Shown: in pieces, positions 1 to 8,602 of the stretch
How the letters are laid out: each line of letters begins with the position of its first letter
How positions within the stretch are numbered: the stretch's first letter is position 1
Source: a virus
Reading direction: 5' to 3' (one strand)
DNA: 25,732 nt
IMG/VR virus record: IMGVR_UViG_2791355071_000005
Coordinates: 1-25,732 of that record
The notes under the pieces: model-generated
Databases searched by the model: none
Seen by the model: the letters and a program-made list of their open reading frames with translations, nothing else
Told to the model about the DNA's origin: nothing
Program-made: the position numbers and the translations under genes

Positions 1-747
1 ATGGCCTCAAAGGAAGTAACTGGTAAGACAGAACAAGAACTGCGGGAACTGCGCCGAGAGTTTGAGCAGTCTACCCGAGGCCAGCTTTACGACTTCGAGG
101 AGAGCTTCTGTCTTTCCAAGATTCCTCGCCAGCCGAAGGAGTACGATGGACCGACTCGATACTGCTATTCACGAAATTTAGTACACGGTAAGAATCGCTG
201 TAAGTTCCACGGTGGCATGGCTACCGGGAACACCGACAATCTGGACCCTTTAGCAAATATGAAGCACGGAATGAACGCAAAGCGTGAGAATCTGGTCAAG
301 GATTTCTCGGACGCCGATCGACAACTCTACGAGTGGATCGTGGAGGAGTGGCCGGTGGCTTACGACGTGAATCTTGACGACGACCCGCTTGCGGCTTACG
401 AGTTTCACGCGCTCGCTGTCGAGATCGTCCGTGCGGAGCGGGCAGAGGGCTTCCTGATTCGGGAGGGCGAAGACAATCAGAAGAAGGTCTTTGGCCCGGA
501 TGGGTCTGTCCACTTCGAAGACGTTCCGCACTATCTCGCGGATATGCTTCAGAGACAGCGGAAGCTGATCATGCGGATGGAGGATAATCTGGGGATTTCC
601 CGGAAGAAGCGGCTCAAGAACGAGCAGGCACAGGACGCGACGGACGTGATGAAGTCGTTTGCCGAGGTCGGGGCTTCTCTCATTGCCGACGCCGACACGG
701 AATACGATCCCGGCGCGTGGGATCCGGACGATCTGGATGCGGCTTGA
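1..747 (+). CDS. Putative terminase small subunit
   Basis: 248 aa with C...CKFHGGMATG (HGGxxTG-type motif) and a helical acidic C-terminal half, located upstream of the large terminase. Confidence 0.65.
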   Translation: MASKEVTGKTEQELRELRREFEQSTRGQLYDFEESFCLSKIPRQPKEYDGPTRYCYSRNLVHGKNRCKFHGGMATGNTDNLDPLANMKHGMNAKRENLVKDFSDADRQLYEWIVEEWPVAYDVNLDDDPLAAYEFHALAVEIVRAERAEGFLIREGEDNQKKVFGPDGSVHFEDVPHYLADMLQRQRKLIMRMEDNLGISRKKRLKNEQAQDATDVMKSFAEVGASLIADADTEYDPGAWDPDDLDAA

Positions 748-781
748 GTCGTTCTCGGCAGGATATTGGTTGGCTCCAGAG

Positions 782-1024
782 ATGGAGGTTACCACATACG
801 GCGGGAAGCGTGCTATCATTCAGGATGACGTGTACGACGAACTGGTGGGGGAGACCGGCAACGCGAGTCCGGTCGCTTTCGTCGGCGGTCGTCGCTACCC
901 GCTGTACCCGGATGGGTGGATTACGCACAACGTAGTCGCCCTTCCGGAAGACCGATCTTCTGCTCACGGACAGGACGCGTTACTCATTTCGAAAGGGAAC
1001 GGCCGAGAGGTGTTTTCCCTGTGA
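782..1024 (+). CDS. Hypothetical protein (80 aa)
   Basis: ATG at 782 within track ORF 659..1024. The stop overlaps the next GTG (GTGA). Confidence 0.6.
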   Translation: MEVTTYGGKRAIIQDDVYDELVGETGNASPVAFVGGRRYPLYPDGWITHNVVALPEDRSSAHGQDALLISKGNGREVFSL

Positions 1025-1128
1025 GTAGCGCGGCTATTTTTCTCGTCGACGCGTTCCCGCAGGCTTCGTTCTGCCGAGGCAGAGCCGAGGCCCCAGCCGG
1101 GGACTCGGGAGAGTGCGGGGACCGCTGA
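1021..1128 (+). CDS. Possible 35-aa micro-ORF
   Basis: GTG overlaps the upstream stop and its TGA overlaps the downstream ATG at 1128. This fills the gap exactly, but the peptide has no recognisable motif. Confidence 0.3.
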   Translation: MSSAAIFLVDAFPQASFCRGRAEAPAGDSGECGDR

Positions 1129-1340
1129 TGGCGACGACTTCCTCAGCGGGTCCACGGGACGGCCTGAAGAAACCGGCCGACATTGAGGTATTCCGGGTCA
1201 CTCCGGAAGATGAGAGCTATATGGCCGATCACGAGCGTCCTGTGGTGGTCGTGATGTGGCACGGAAACGGCTACGAGCGCGACGACTGCTGGATTCAGAT
1301 TGACCAGGAAGCCGCGTGCGATCTCGATTCTTGGCAGTAA
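1128..1340 (+). CDS. Hypothetical protein (70 aa)
   Basis: ATG at 1128, acidic composition typical of haloarchaeal proteins, immediately upstream of terL. Confidence 0.6.
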   Translation: MATTSSAGPRDGLKKPADIEVFRVTPEDESYMADHERPVVVVMWHGNGYERDDCWIQIDQEAACDLDSWQ

Positions 1341-1363
1341 TAGAGAAAATCCGAGACTAATAC

Positions 1364-3064
1364 ATGAATCAGGACGTTCTTAGAGACTTTGCCGACCAAC
1401 TCGGCGTCGAGGAAGACGTTATCGAGGATCGTTGGCAGGGGCGTCCTGATCGGCTGGCGGAGGACATTTTCCAGATTCAGGACATGGATTCCGGCCTGAT
1501 CCGAGATTTGGAGCTGTTCGACACCCAGAGGAAGGCCATTCACGCCTATTTCTACGGGGACGCCGACACGATTAACAACTACAAGGGCCGGCGTATCGGC
1601 TATTCGTTCGTTTACGTGGTCGCCTTCCTGCTGGAAGGGATGTTGGTGCCGAACTCGGTCTATCCTATCGTTTCTCGGAAGTTCGAGCAGGCCACCAACC
1701 GAATCAACGACATTCAGAAGCTGATCGACAACGCGAAAGTCGAGATTCCGACCGATAAGGACAATCGGGACGAAATTATCCTCTGGAACGGCTCCAAGTA
1801 CAAGGCGTATTCCGGCGATCCCGACGCCTCTCGGGGAGACGACTCCGCAAGAGCCGTTCTCCTTGATGAAATGGCCTTCATTGAGAACCAAGAGAAAGTC
1901 TCGCGGGCGTTTGGTGCGTTCCTCGCGCTCGGGAAGGGCCGTAAGATGGTCCAAGTTTCGACGCCGAACGTCGAGAACGACCTATTCATGTCTACCCACA
2001 GACGCGGGTCGCCGAATGGGTACGACGAAGACGGCAATCGGATTGGCGTTATCTCGATCGAACAGCCGTCGTTCTGGAACGCCGAGGAGATCGACGTTCA
2101 CACCCCGCTGACGCAACAGGAGACGCGGCCGGTGCGGCCGGACATGAACATCGAGCGGATCGAGGAGGAGAGAGCGGCCGATCCCGAGGGTTTCGGACAA
2201 GAGTATCTCTGTCGTCCGATTGTGGACGAGTATCGGTTCTTTTCGGTCGAATCTATTGAGGGGGCGATGGAGCGCGGCGAGAAGGCGTCGTTCCTCACCG
2301 GCCTCAACGTCCCGAATAGGGCGGATCTTCGTGTTCTCGGGGTGGACATTGGCATCAGCCACGACGACACGGTGATTCAGGTGTTCGATCACATTGACGA
2401 TCGACGTCTTCACCGCTACTCGGAGGTAGTGACCGACGATCTGCTTGGAGACCACGGCTTCCAGAATCCGGATCGGGCGAACGCGGAGCAGGTGGTGGCT
2501 CGGATAGCCTACGTGTTCCGGCAGATGGACGCGGATCTGGTCGTTCTAGACCGGACGGGTCCGGGGGAGACGTTCGATCGACAGTTGACGGCCAAGCTCG
2601 GCCGGGCGGTGGTCGGCTTCAACTTCTCTGACAAGCGGAAGGTCGAGGAGATGATGGGGGACATGAACAGCGCCCTGCGGAACGGGCGTGTCTCTCTGAT
2701 TCCGGATGACCGCTTGAAAGACGAATTATCGTCTATCATCAAGGAGAAGAAGGAGGATTGGTCCGTTCCCAAGTTTTCTGGGAAGGACAACTCCGAGACG
2801 GGGAAGGACGACACGGCTATGGCGGCTGTGTTAGGGGCCTTCCCGCCTGGTTATGCGGTCGCGCCGGGACGGAACGCTGATCAGCGTTCGACAGCGGCTC
2901 CAGAACCCGCTGAAAGCGGTGGAGGGTCGGAGCCACCGCGACCGGACCCAAAACAGGCCGCCGCGAAGCCGGCGTCCGGGGCGTGCGGTGCGGCTCGGGT
3001 ACGACAACGAGGCGGTGGGTACAGACGCGGTTCTAACTACAGCTCGCGCCACTCTCGGCGCTAA
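1364..3064 (+). CDS. terL: Terminase large subunit
   Basis: Walker A-like YKGRRIGYS, Walker B VLLDEMAF, motif QVSTP, and RNase H-like nuclease acidic motifs LGVDIG, LDRTG and KDDTAMA. Confidence 0.93.
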   Translation: MNQDVLRDFADQLGVEEDVIEDRWQGRPDRLAEDIFQIQDMDSGLIRDLELFDTQRKAIHAYFYGDADTINNYKGRRIGYSFVYVVAFLLEGMLVPNSVYPIVSRKFEQATNRINDIQKLIDNAKVEIPTDKDNRDEIILWNGSKYKAYSGDPDASRGDDSARAVLLDEMAFIENQEKVSRAFGAFLALGKGRKMVQVSTPNVENDLFMSTHRRGSPNGYDEDGNRIGVISIEQPSFWNAEEIDVHTPLTQQETRPVRPDMNIERIEEERAADPEGFGQEYLCRPIVDEYRFFSVESIEGAMERGEKASFLTGLNVPNRADLRVLGVDIGISHDDTVIQVFDHIDDRRLHRYSEVVTDDLLGDHGFQNPDRANAEQVVARIAYVFRQMDADLVVLDRTGPGETFDRQLTAKLGRAVVGFNFSDKRKVEEMMGDMNSALRNGRVSLIPDDRLKDELSSIIKEKKEDWSVPKFSGKDNSETGKDDTAMAAVLGAFPPGYAVAPGRNADQRSTAAPEPAESGGGSEPPRPDPKQAAAKPASGACGAARVRQRGGGYRRGSNYSSRHSRR

Positions 3065-3075
3065 ATCTATTCTAC

Positions 3076-4515
3076 ATGGGCGACATTCAGGACGAAATAC
3101 TACAAAAGGCCAGTAATGGCACTCTGCCGGGACAAGAGTATCCTGGACAGTTCGCGCTCGATTCGCCCAAAGCGGTTGTCAGGCGGGCTTCGGGGCAGGG
3201 AGGGAAGCCCCGTGAATCCGAGGCCCCGGAAGCGAAGATAGCGGAGTACCGCCTTATCGCCGATACCGATCCCCACGTTGGGGAGGCCATTGATACGCTG
3301 GTCGATTACCTCGTTGGTTCGGGCTACAACATAGCACCCGCGAACATCGTGGGGACCGACGAGGAACAGACACCGGAAGACGTTGCTCCGATGAAGCAGT
3401 TGGTGGAGTCGTCGGACTTTGAAGAGGTCTTGTTTCAATGGGTATGGCACGCTCTGGTTGACGGAACGGGGTTCTTGGAGATTGTCGTCGAGGACGACGT
3501 GTTCAAGCCAAAGGTTCTGCCGACCGAGCTGATGGAGATTCAGGCCGACAAGTTCGGGAACCCGGTTGAGTATATCCTTGAACCTCCGACCGGCAACGAG
3601 ATCAAGTTCAAGCCATACGATCTCGCGGTACTCTCGTTCCACAAGCACCCTGGCGAGGACTTCGGAAGGAGTCTGATCGAGCGGTGTGAGGAGCAGGCGG
3701 ATATGCTCCGGGACATGGAAATCGACATGGCCCGGTTTATTGCGACCAAGGCCTATCCGCCCGTGATTTGGAAGCTCGGGTCGGACGAACGCCCGTGGAC
3801 GCAGGATCAGATTGACGGCTGGCTCGATACGGTTTCGGAGATCGAGCCGGAGTCCATGCTGGCGGTCGGCCACGACGTTGACCACGATATTGTGGGCGTT
3901 ACCAGCACGTCGTCTACCAGCGGCGCTATGCGGCTGGAACCTGTCTTCCACCACCTACTTCGTCGTATCTTCACGGCTCTCGGCCTTCCTGCCTTCCTGG
4001 GCAACATTACCGGAGACGAGACGAAGAACGAGGCCGTCGCGGTCATGCCGAAGTTCGATCGGCGGATTCAGCGATACCGGCGTATCATCAAGTCAGCCAT
4101 TCGCCACCAGATCTTCGTTAGTATCCTTGCGGGAGATTCGGACCCTGCGGAGGCTAACGTTTTACCGCCCGACTTTGAGTTCGGCCAGCACTCCAGCGAG
4201 GAGGAGCGGCTGGACACAGACATGGCGATCAAACTGGTGAACAATGGTCTACTCACTTTCGAGGCCGCCGCCGAGCGAATAGGAATTGACCCAGAAACGG
4301 AGCTTCCCCAGGAGGGGGATTTGGACGAGCATATCATCAAGATCCAGCAACTCGCCGGGAAGGGGGATAACATTCAGAACCCCGATGGTGGCTACCCGAC
4401 CGATACCGGCGGTGGAGCCGAGTCGGCAGGTGGTGAGGTGAAGACCCGACAGAATCCGGAGCGAGATACTTCTGGAGGCAACAGCCGCAATCAGCAAGCC
4501 CAGACGGAAGCATAA
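3076..4515 (+). CDS. Portal protein
   Basis: 479 aa directly after terL. It has portal-like segments (HALVDGTGFLE, HPGEDFGRSLIE, ALGLPAFLG) and a low-complexity C-terminus. Confidence 0.85.
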   Translation: MGDIQDEILQKASNGTLPGQEYPGQFALDSPKAVVRRASGQGGKPRESEAPEAKIAEYRLIADTDPHVGEAIDTLVDYLVGSGYNIAPANIVGTDEEQTPEDVAPMKQLVESSDFEEVLFQWVWHALVDGTGFLEIVVEDDVFKPKVLPTELMEIQADKFGNPVEYILEPPTGNEIKFKPYDLAVLSFHKHPGEDFGRSLIERCEEQADMLRDMEIDMARFIATKAYPPVIWKLGSDERPWTQDQIDGWLDTVSEIEPESMLAVGHDVDHDIVGVTSTSSTSGAMRLEPVFHHLLRRIFTALGLPAFLGNITGDETKNEAVAVMPKFDRRIQRYRRIIKSAIRHQIFVSILAGDSDPAEANVLPPDFEFGQHSSEEERLDTDMAIKLVNNGLLTFEAAAERIGIDPETELPQEGDLDEHIIKIQQLAGKGDNIQNPDGGYPTDTGGGAESAGGEVKTRQNPERDTSGGNSRNQQAQTEA

Positions 4516-4518
4516 GAG

Positions 4519-4791
4519 ATGTCAAACGACAAGAGAGATCCGTTTGACTTCAAGGCATTACAGCGGGAGGAAGAATCGGCTATCCTTCACCGGCTGGATG
4601 AGCGAACCGAGCGTATAGACAGTCGAATCGAACGAATGGACGGGCGGGTTCAAGAGCAGGACGTTCGGCTCTCTGAACACGACGACAGGATACAACGAAA
4701 TACGACTATCATCAATGCGATCACTTTCGGCTTTGGTTCGTTTGTCGCCGCTGTCATGGCGAAGTTAGGCGGGTTTATACGGATATTCTAA
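4519..4791 (+). CDS. Small coiled-coil protein with C-terminal hydrophobic anchor (XhlA/holin-like architecture)
   Basis: Heptad-like RLDERTERIDSRIERMDGRV...LSEHDDRI followed by the hydrophobic segment IINAITFGFGSFVAAVMAKLGGFI. Confidence 0.6.
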   Translation: MSNDKRDPFDFKALQREEESAILHRLDERTERIDSRIERMDGRVQEQDVRLSEHDDRIQRNTTIINAITFGFGSFVAAVMAKLGGFIRIF

Positions 4792-4792
4792 C

Positions 4793-5434
4793 ATGGATAG
4801 CGACGTTAAACAGCAAGAAGGCGACGAGGCGAGCGTGGGGTGGAACATTACGTTCTCGCTCCCGGAGACGGTCGTTGATTCGCTTGACGAGGGATTCAAC
4901 AAGCACGGGGTTCGGGAACACGACGACGGTTCTATTGATGTTATTTTTGCGGCGATGGAGCCGGGCGTCCGACGCGGCGTGGAAGTGACCGATTCGTTCC
5001 TCCAGAACGTTTCTCGTCACAACTACGGAAGACGTCTTCCGCTTCAGTTCGACCATTCGCGCTCCCAGAGAGCGAACGTCGGCTGGATTGACCCGGAGAA
5101 CGTCAGGTTCTCAGACGGGTTCTTGCGGGTGATGGCTCACATTCCGAATACTGGTTCTCAGATTCGGACGGACACGATTAACGACTTTACCCACGACCCG
5201 CCCGCGATCAGCGACGGATCGGTTGGGTTCGACCCCCGGACGATCGAGGTCGAGCGACCTAGCGAGCGCGGGGAAGACCCGGTGTTCGTTGACGCCCGGC
5301 TTCAGGAGTTTAGTTTGACTCCGTTCCCGGCCGGGTACGACAACGGTGGGCTGACGCCTGCCTTTTCCGAGGTAGTCGGCCAATCTATGACCCCCGTTTG
5401 GGGCGAGAGTCGACTGTTGGCCCGGAAAATCTGA
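4793..5434 (+). CDS. Prohead (capsid maturation) protease
   Basis: Candidate catalytic motifs LQFDHS (His), DGSVGF (Ser) and LQEFSLTPFPA. It lies between portal and scaffold. Confidence 0.8.
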   Translation: MDSDVKQQEGDEASVGWNITFSLPETVVDSLDEGFNKHGVREHDDGSIDVIFAAMEPGVRRGVEVTDSFLQNVSRHNYGRRLPLQFDHSRSQRANVGWIDPENVRFSDGFLRVMAHIPNTGSQIRTDTINDFTHDPPAISDGSVGFDPRTIEVERPSERGEDPVFVDARLQEFSLTPFPAGYDNGGLTPAFSEVVGQSMTPVWGESRLLARKI

Positions 5435-5457
5435 CAATTATCTACTACTGATTTACT

Positions 5458-5940
5458 ATGTACGAGTTCAGTCTTGACACGCCCGTTGAGGATCTGGACG
5501 AAGCGGATCTTCGTTCGACCCTCGACGAGTTCATGGAGAAGCACGAGGAGAACGTTGAGGAGTTTTCGGCCGTGGAGGCCGACCGAGACGAGTTCAGCGA
5601 GAAGGTGGAAAGCCTTGAGGCGGAGGTTTCGGAGTACGCCGAGACTGCCGGGGCGCTCCAGGAGAAGTTCGCGGAGGTCGTCGCCGAGGAGAGTCCCCTG
5701 TTCGACGCCGATGAAGTGGCCGAGCGGTTCTCCCTTGAGGAACTGATTTCGAAGGCCGACGCCCTCGGGGCCTTCTCGCTGGCTACGGAAGTCGGCGAGG
5801 CCGCTGACGACGATGCCGAGGAGAGCGAGGGTTCGACCTTCGCCGACAAGCCGGAGCGCGCTACTGTCCCCGAGGACACCAAGACGAAGTTCCGCGAGCA
5901 GGCCGAGAGCGACCTTCGGGCCGTTCTGGGCGATTACTAA
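5458..5940 (+). CDS. Probable scaffolding protein
   Basis: 160 aa, extremely acidic and helical/coiled-coil, between the protease and the capsid genes. Confidence 0.6.
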   Translation: MYEFSLDTPVEDLDEADLRSTLDEFMEKHEENVEEFSAVEADRDEFSEKVESLEAEVSEYAETAGALQEKFAEVVAEESPLFDADEVAERFSLEELISKADALGAFSLATEVGEAADDDAEESEGSTFADKPERATVPEDTKTKFREQAESDLRAVLGDY

Positions 5941-5959
5941 ATTTTCTATCTGATTTTCA

Positions 5960-6430
5960 ATGGCCCACATTCGCATTGCGACTGGTGCTGAACAGCCTAT
6001 CAACCGTGACGCCGCCGTGTCCCAGCTTGCCGGCGAGGAAGGCGATCTCGTTGGCATGAATCCAGACGGGGATTGGGTGGCCGCCGACGCCGACTCTGGG
6101 GTTGCCCAGAAGGCGTCTGGTGTCCTTGCGGCTCCCGTCACCGACCCCGCCGACTTCCCGAACGAGGAACTTCGTATTATCGTTGAGAGCGAGCGCGAGC
6201 TTGTCGGCGATACGCGTATTGCCGTCGTGAAGTACGGTGTCATTCTGGAGAACGCCGACGAGGATTGGGGCTTCACTCCCGGCGAGCCTGTCTATCTCGG
6301 CCCCGGTGGTGGCTTCACCCAGACCAAGCCCTCGGCGGTTGGCGATCTCGTTCAGGTCGTCGGCGAGGCGACGGATGACGGCGAGGCGGTGTTCCTCGAC
6401 GTTGAGACCGGCTACGACGTTGTGGCCTGA
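5960..6430 (+). CDS. Probable capsid decoration/minor capsid protein
   Basis: 156 aa, Gly/Val-rich beta-type sequence (GDLVGM...AADAD; PGEPVYLGPGGGFT...GDLVQVVGEA), immediately upstream of the MCP. Confidence 0.7.
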   Translation: MAHIRIATGAEQPINRDAAVSQLAGEEGDLVGMNPDGDWVAADADSGVAQKASGVLAAPVTDPADFPNEELRIIVESERELVGDTRIAVVKYGVILENADEDWGFTPGEPVYLGPGGGFTQTKPSAVGDLVQVVGEATDDGEAVFLDVETGYDVVA

Positions 6431-6467
6431 ACGACTGCTAACAGTTTCTATTTGAGGTTTTTCTAAA

Positions 6468-7448
6468 ATGGCTAACCCTTCGCGGAAGCGCGAACTGACG
6501 ACGAAAGACGACGTGCCGCTGTCCGACCTGCTCGGCTACGGTATGGAATTGATTGAGACTTACCGGGAGGCACCCCGGACCTTCCTTTCTACCTTCACTC
6601 AGGAGGTCTCCAGCCGCGTCTTCATGGCCCGCACGGGCGACATGACGTGGAACGAACTGGCGGAGATGGAACACGCCCGCACGGGTACTCTGGACCGGAG
6701 CCAAATGGCGTTCTCGGTCAAGTCCTACGGACGTTCGCTTGGCTACTCGCGTGAGTTTATCGAGGACAACCCCTCGGAAATGCTCCGCGAGGAGATGGCC
6801 GCGATGATTCGCGGTGCCGACGACAAGGAGTTCGAGGTTCTGTTCGACGTTCTCAAGAACGGTGTCGCTGACGGCACCGAACTCTGGTACATTCCACAGG
6901 ACTACGCGGGACAGTCGTTCTCGAACACCCATAACCACACCTACGCCGACACCGAGGCGCTGTTCGGTGACGCGAACGGCCACGCGGTCTCGGATCACAT
7001 CCGCGCGGCGAACAAGGATCTTCGGGAACACGGCTACCGCCCGGTGGTCGCGCTCGTTTCCCATGACGTTGCGGCCGAGGCGGTCGCGGCCCGAACCGAT
7101 GGGCAGAACTACCACATCCCCGAGGCCGAGGGGCTTCGTGAGGGCGCTCTGCCGGAGCAGACGCTTATCGAGGACGGCGTTCGACTCGTTCAGACGGCGT
7201 GGCTCAACGGTGACGAAGCACAGGACGTGTACGTTATCTCCCAGAACGGCATGAACGGCGCTCCGATTAAGACGAACTACCCGCGCCCCGTCGAGCTTAC
7301 CGACAACACGGGCGCTCCGATCGGGGGCGCTGGTGGCTCCTACGGCGACCCGGCGGCCCTTCTCGGTGCCTACGGCTCCATGCGGATGGGCGCGAAAATG
7401 GCTGACCCGCTCGCGGCCGTCAAGTTCACCGCTGACAACATCGCGTAA
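6468..7448 (+). CDS. Major capsid protein (HK97-fold expected)
   Basis: 326 aa with strongly biased codon usage, in the canonical position. It contains YGRSLGYSREFIEDN, typical of this capsid class. Confidence 0.85.
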   Translation: MANPSRKRELTTKDDVPLSDLLGYGMELIETYREAPRTFLSTFTQEVSSRVFMARTGDMTWNELAEMEHARTGTLDRSQMAFSVKSYGRSLGYSREFIEDNPSEMLREEMAAMIRGADDKEFEVLFDVLKNGVADGTELWYIPQDYAGQSFSNTHNHTYADTEALFGDANGHAVSDHIRAANKDLREHGYRPVVALVSHDVAAEAVAARTDGQNYHIPEAEGLREGALPEQTLIEDGVRLVQTAWLNGDEAQDVYVISQNGMNGAPIKTNYPRPVELTDNTGAPIGGAGGSYGDPAALLGAYGSMRMGAKMADPLAAVKFTADNIA

Positions 7449-7470
7449 GCGGTGTTGCTGAAACCGTCCC

Positions 7471-7818
7471 ATGACACACGAATATTCTAAGGAAGACCTG
7501 ATTCGGATGGGGCGGTCAGAACTTCGGGCCGCTCACGGTCTTAACAACGACTCTGAGATTTCTGACGAGTTTCTGGTCGAGCAGATCGAGGCGTTCGCTG
7601 ATGAAGTGTACGCCGAAGTGGGCTACGAACCGGATCTTGGACCGGGAACCCCCGGCTATGACGCGGTTCGGTTCTATGGCCTCATTCGGGCGGCGTACTT
7701 TTTGAGTCCCGAGACCGGACCTACGTCGATCAGCCACGCTCGGCGGTTCGACTACGAAGACGATCAAACACTCATTCATTGGCGTAACCGCTTGGTGCGG
7801 GCGCTTTCTACCCTCTAA
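7471..7818 (+). CDS. Head-tail adaptor-like protein (paralog of the next gene)
   Basis: Follows the MCP and shares an E-x-RA...ISD-x-x-L-x-E...E-x-x-A-x-x-G pattern with 7818..8237. Confidence 0.5.
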   Translation: MTHEYSKEDLIRMGRSELRAAHGLNNDSEISDEFLVEQIEAFADEVYAEVGYEPDLGPGTPGYDAVRFYGLIRAAYFLSPETGPTSISHARRFDYEDDQTLIHWRNRLVRALSTL

Positions 7819-8237
7819 TGGCAGTTGACGATAATACCCTGAAAGCAGAGGTCCGGGCCTTGACCGATTACGGAGTGACGATTATCTCGGACGATGACCT
7901 CCAGGAAGTCGTTGACCTATCGAAGCGCGAACTTCTCGCCGACATAGGAACCCAGGAAGTGGACTTGTACGACGACCTGAACGCGGAACGGGCATTGTTC
8001 TGGTTGTCGTGTATCTTTCTCAAGGTCAAGTCCGGCGAGATCTACGCCCCTTCGTTCTCGATCTCCGAGTTGAGCGTTCGGCAGTCGAACTTCACGGAGC
8101 GGCACGGTATCTGGATGGACAACTTCCGGAAGCACTACCGAGCTATGGACGGCGGCGCTCCGGTCGGTCACACGAAGTCGAACCGGCCCGATCGAGCCTA
8201 CGGATTCGACAACTCCGCTACGTCTAACGGTCTATGA
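7818..8237 (+). CDS. Head-tail adaptor (SPP1 gp15-like)
   Basis: 139 aa, helical N-terminus followed by SFSISELSV, in the canonical position after the MCP. Confidence 0.65.
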   Translation: MAVDDNTLKAEVRALTDYGVTIISDDDLQEVVDLSKRELLADIGTQEVDLYDDLNAERALFWLSCIFLKVKSGEIYAPSFSISELSVRQSNFTERHGIWMDNFRKHYRAMDGGAPVGHTKSNRPDRAYGFDNSATSNGL

Positions 8238-8596
8238 TTCTCCCGGCCCAGAAGACTGCGGCTTCGGTCGCTATCAGCCGATACGGGGAAGACGCGCTCA
8301 TTCTACGCCCAGTTGACGACGACAGCGCGGTGGATGGATACGGCAAGACGGCGGAAGATTCGTGGGAAGAGGAAGCCGTGGAGCCGGTCGTTCGGGTCTA
8401 CCAGCGGGGAGCGGCCCCAAGCCAAGGTCGGGTTACCGGGGGACGGTATTTGACTGAAAGTCCGGTTCTGATCTTTATCGCGGATTCGCTGGTTTCGGAG
8501 GGTTTCCGGGTCTCTTACGGAACTTCTGTTTACGAGATAGATTCGCTGACTCGGTATCCGACCCACATCGAGGCAGAGACAACTTCTGTTGGATAA
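8234..8596 (+). CDS. Head closure/stopper protein (SPP1 gp16-like)
   Basis: 120 aa, beta-rich (EGFRVSYGTSVYEIDS), ATGA-coupled to the adaptor gene. Confidence 0.6.
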   Translation: MILPAQKTAASVAISRYGEDALILRPVDDDSAVDGYGKTAEDSWEEEAVEPVVRVYQRGAAPSQGRVTGGRYLTESPVLIFIADSLVSEGFRVSYGTSVYEIDSLTRYPTHIEAETTSVG

Positions 8597-8602
8597 TCTC
8601 AC

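Noticed and set aside
3100-7472. Long minus-strand ORFs (3100..3954, 5302..6276, 6438..7472 and similar ones elsewhere)
   Set aside because: These are antisense shadows of strongly biased GC-rich genes. They lack the acidic composition and any recognisable motifs.
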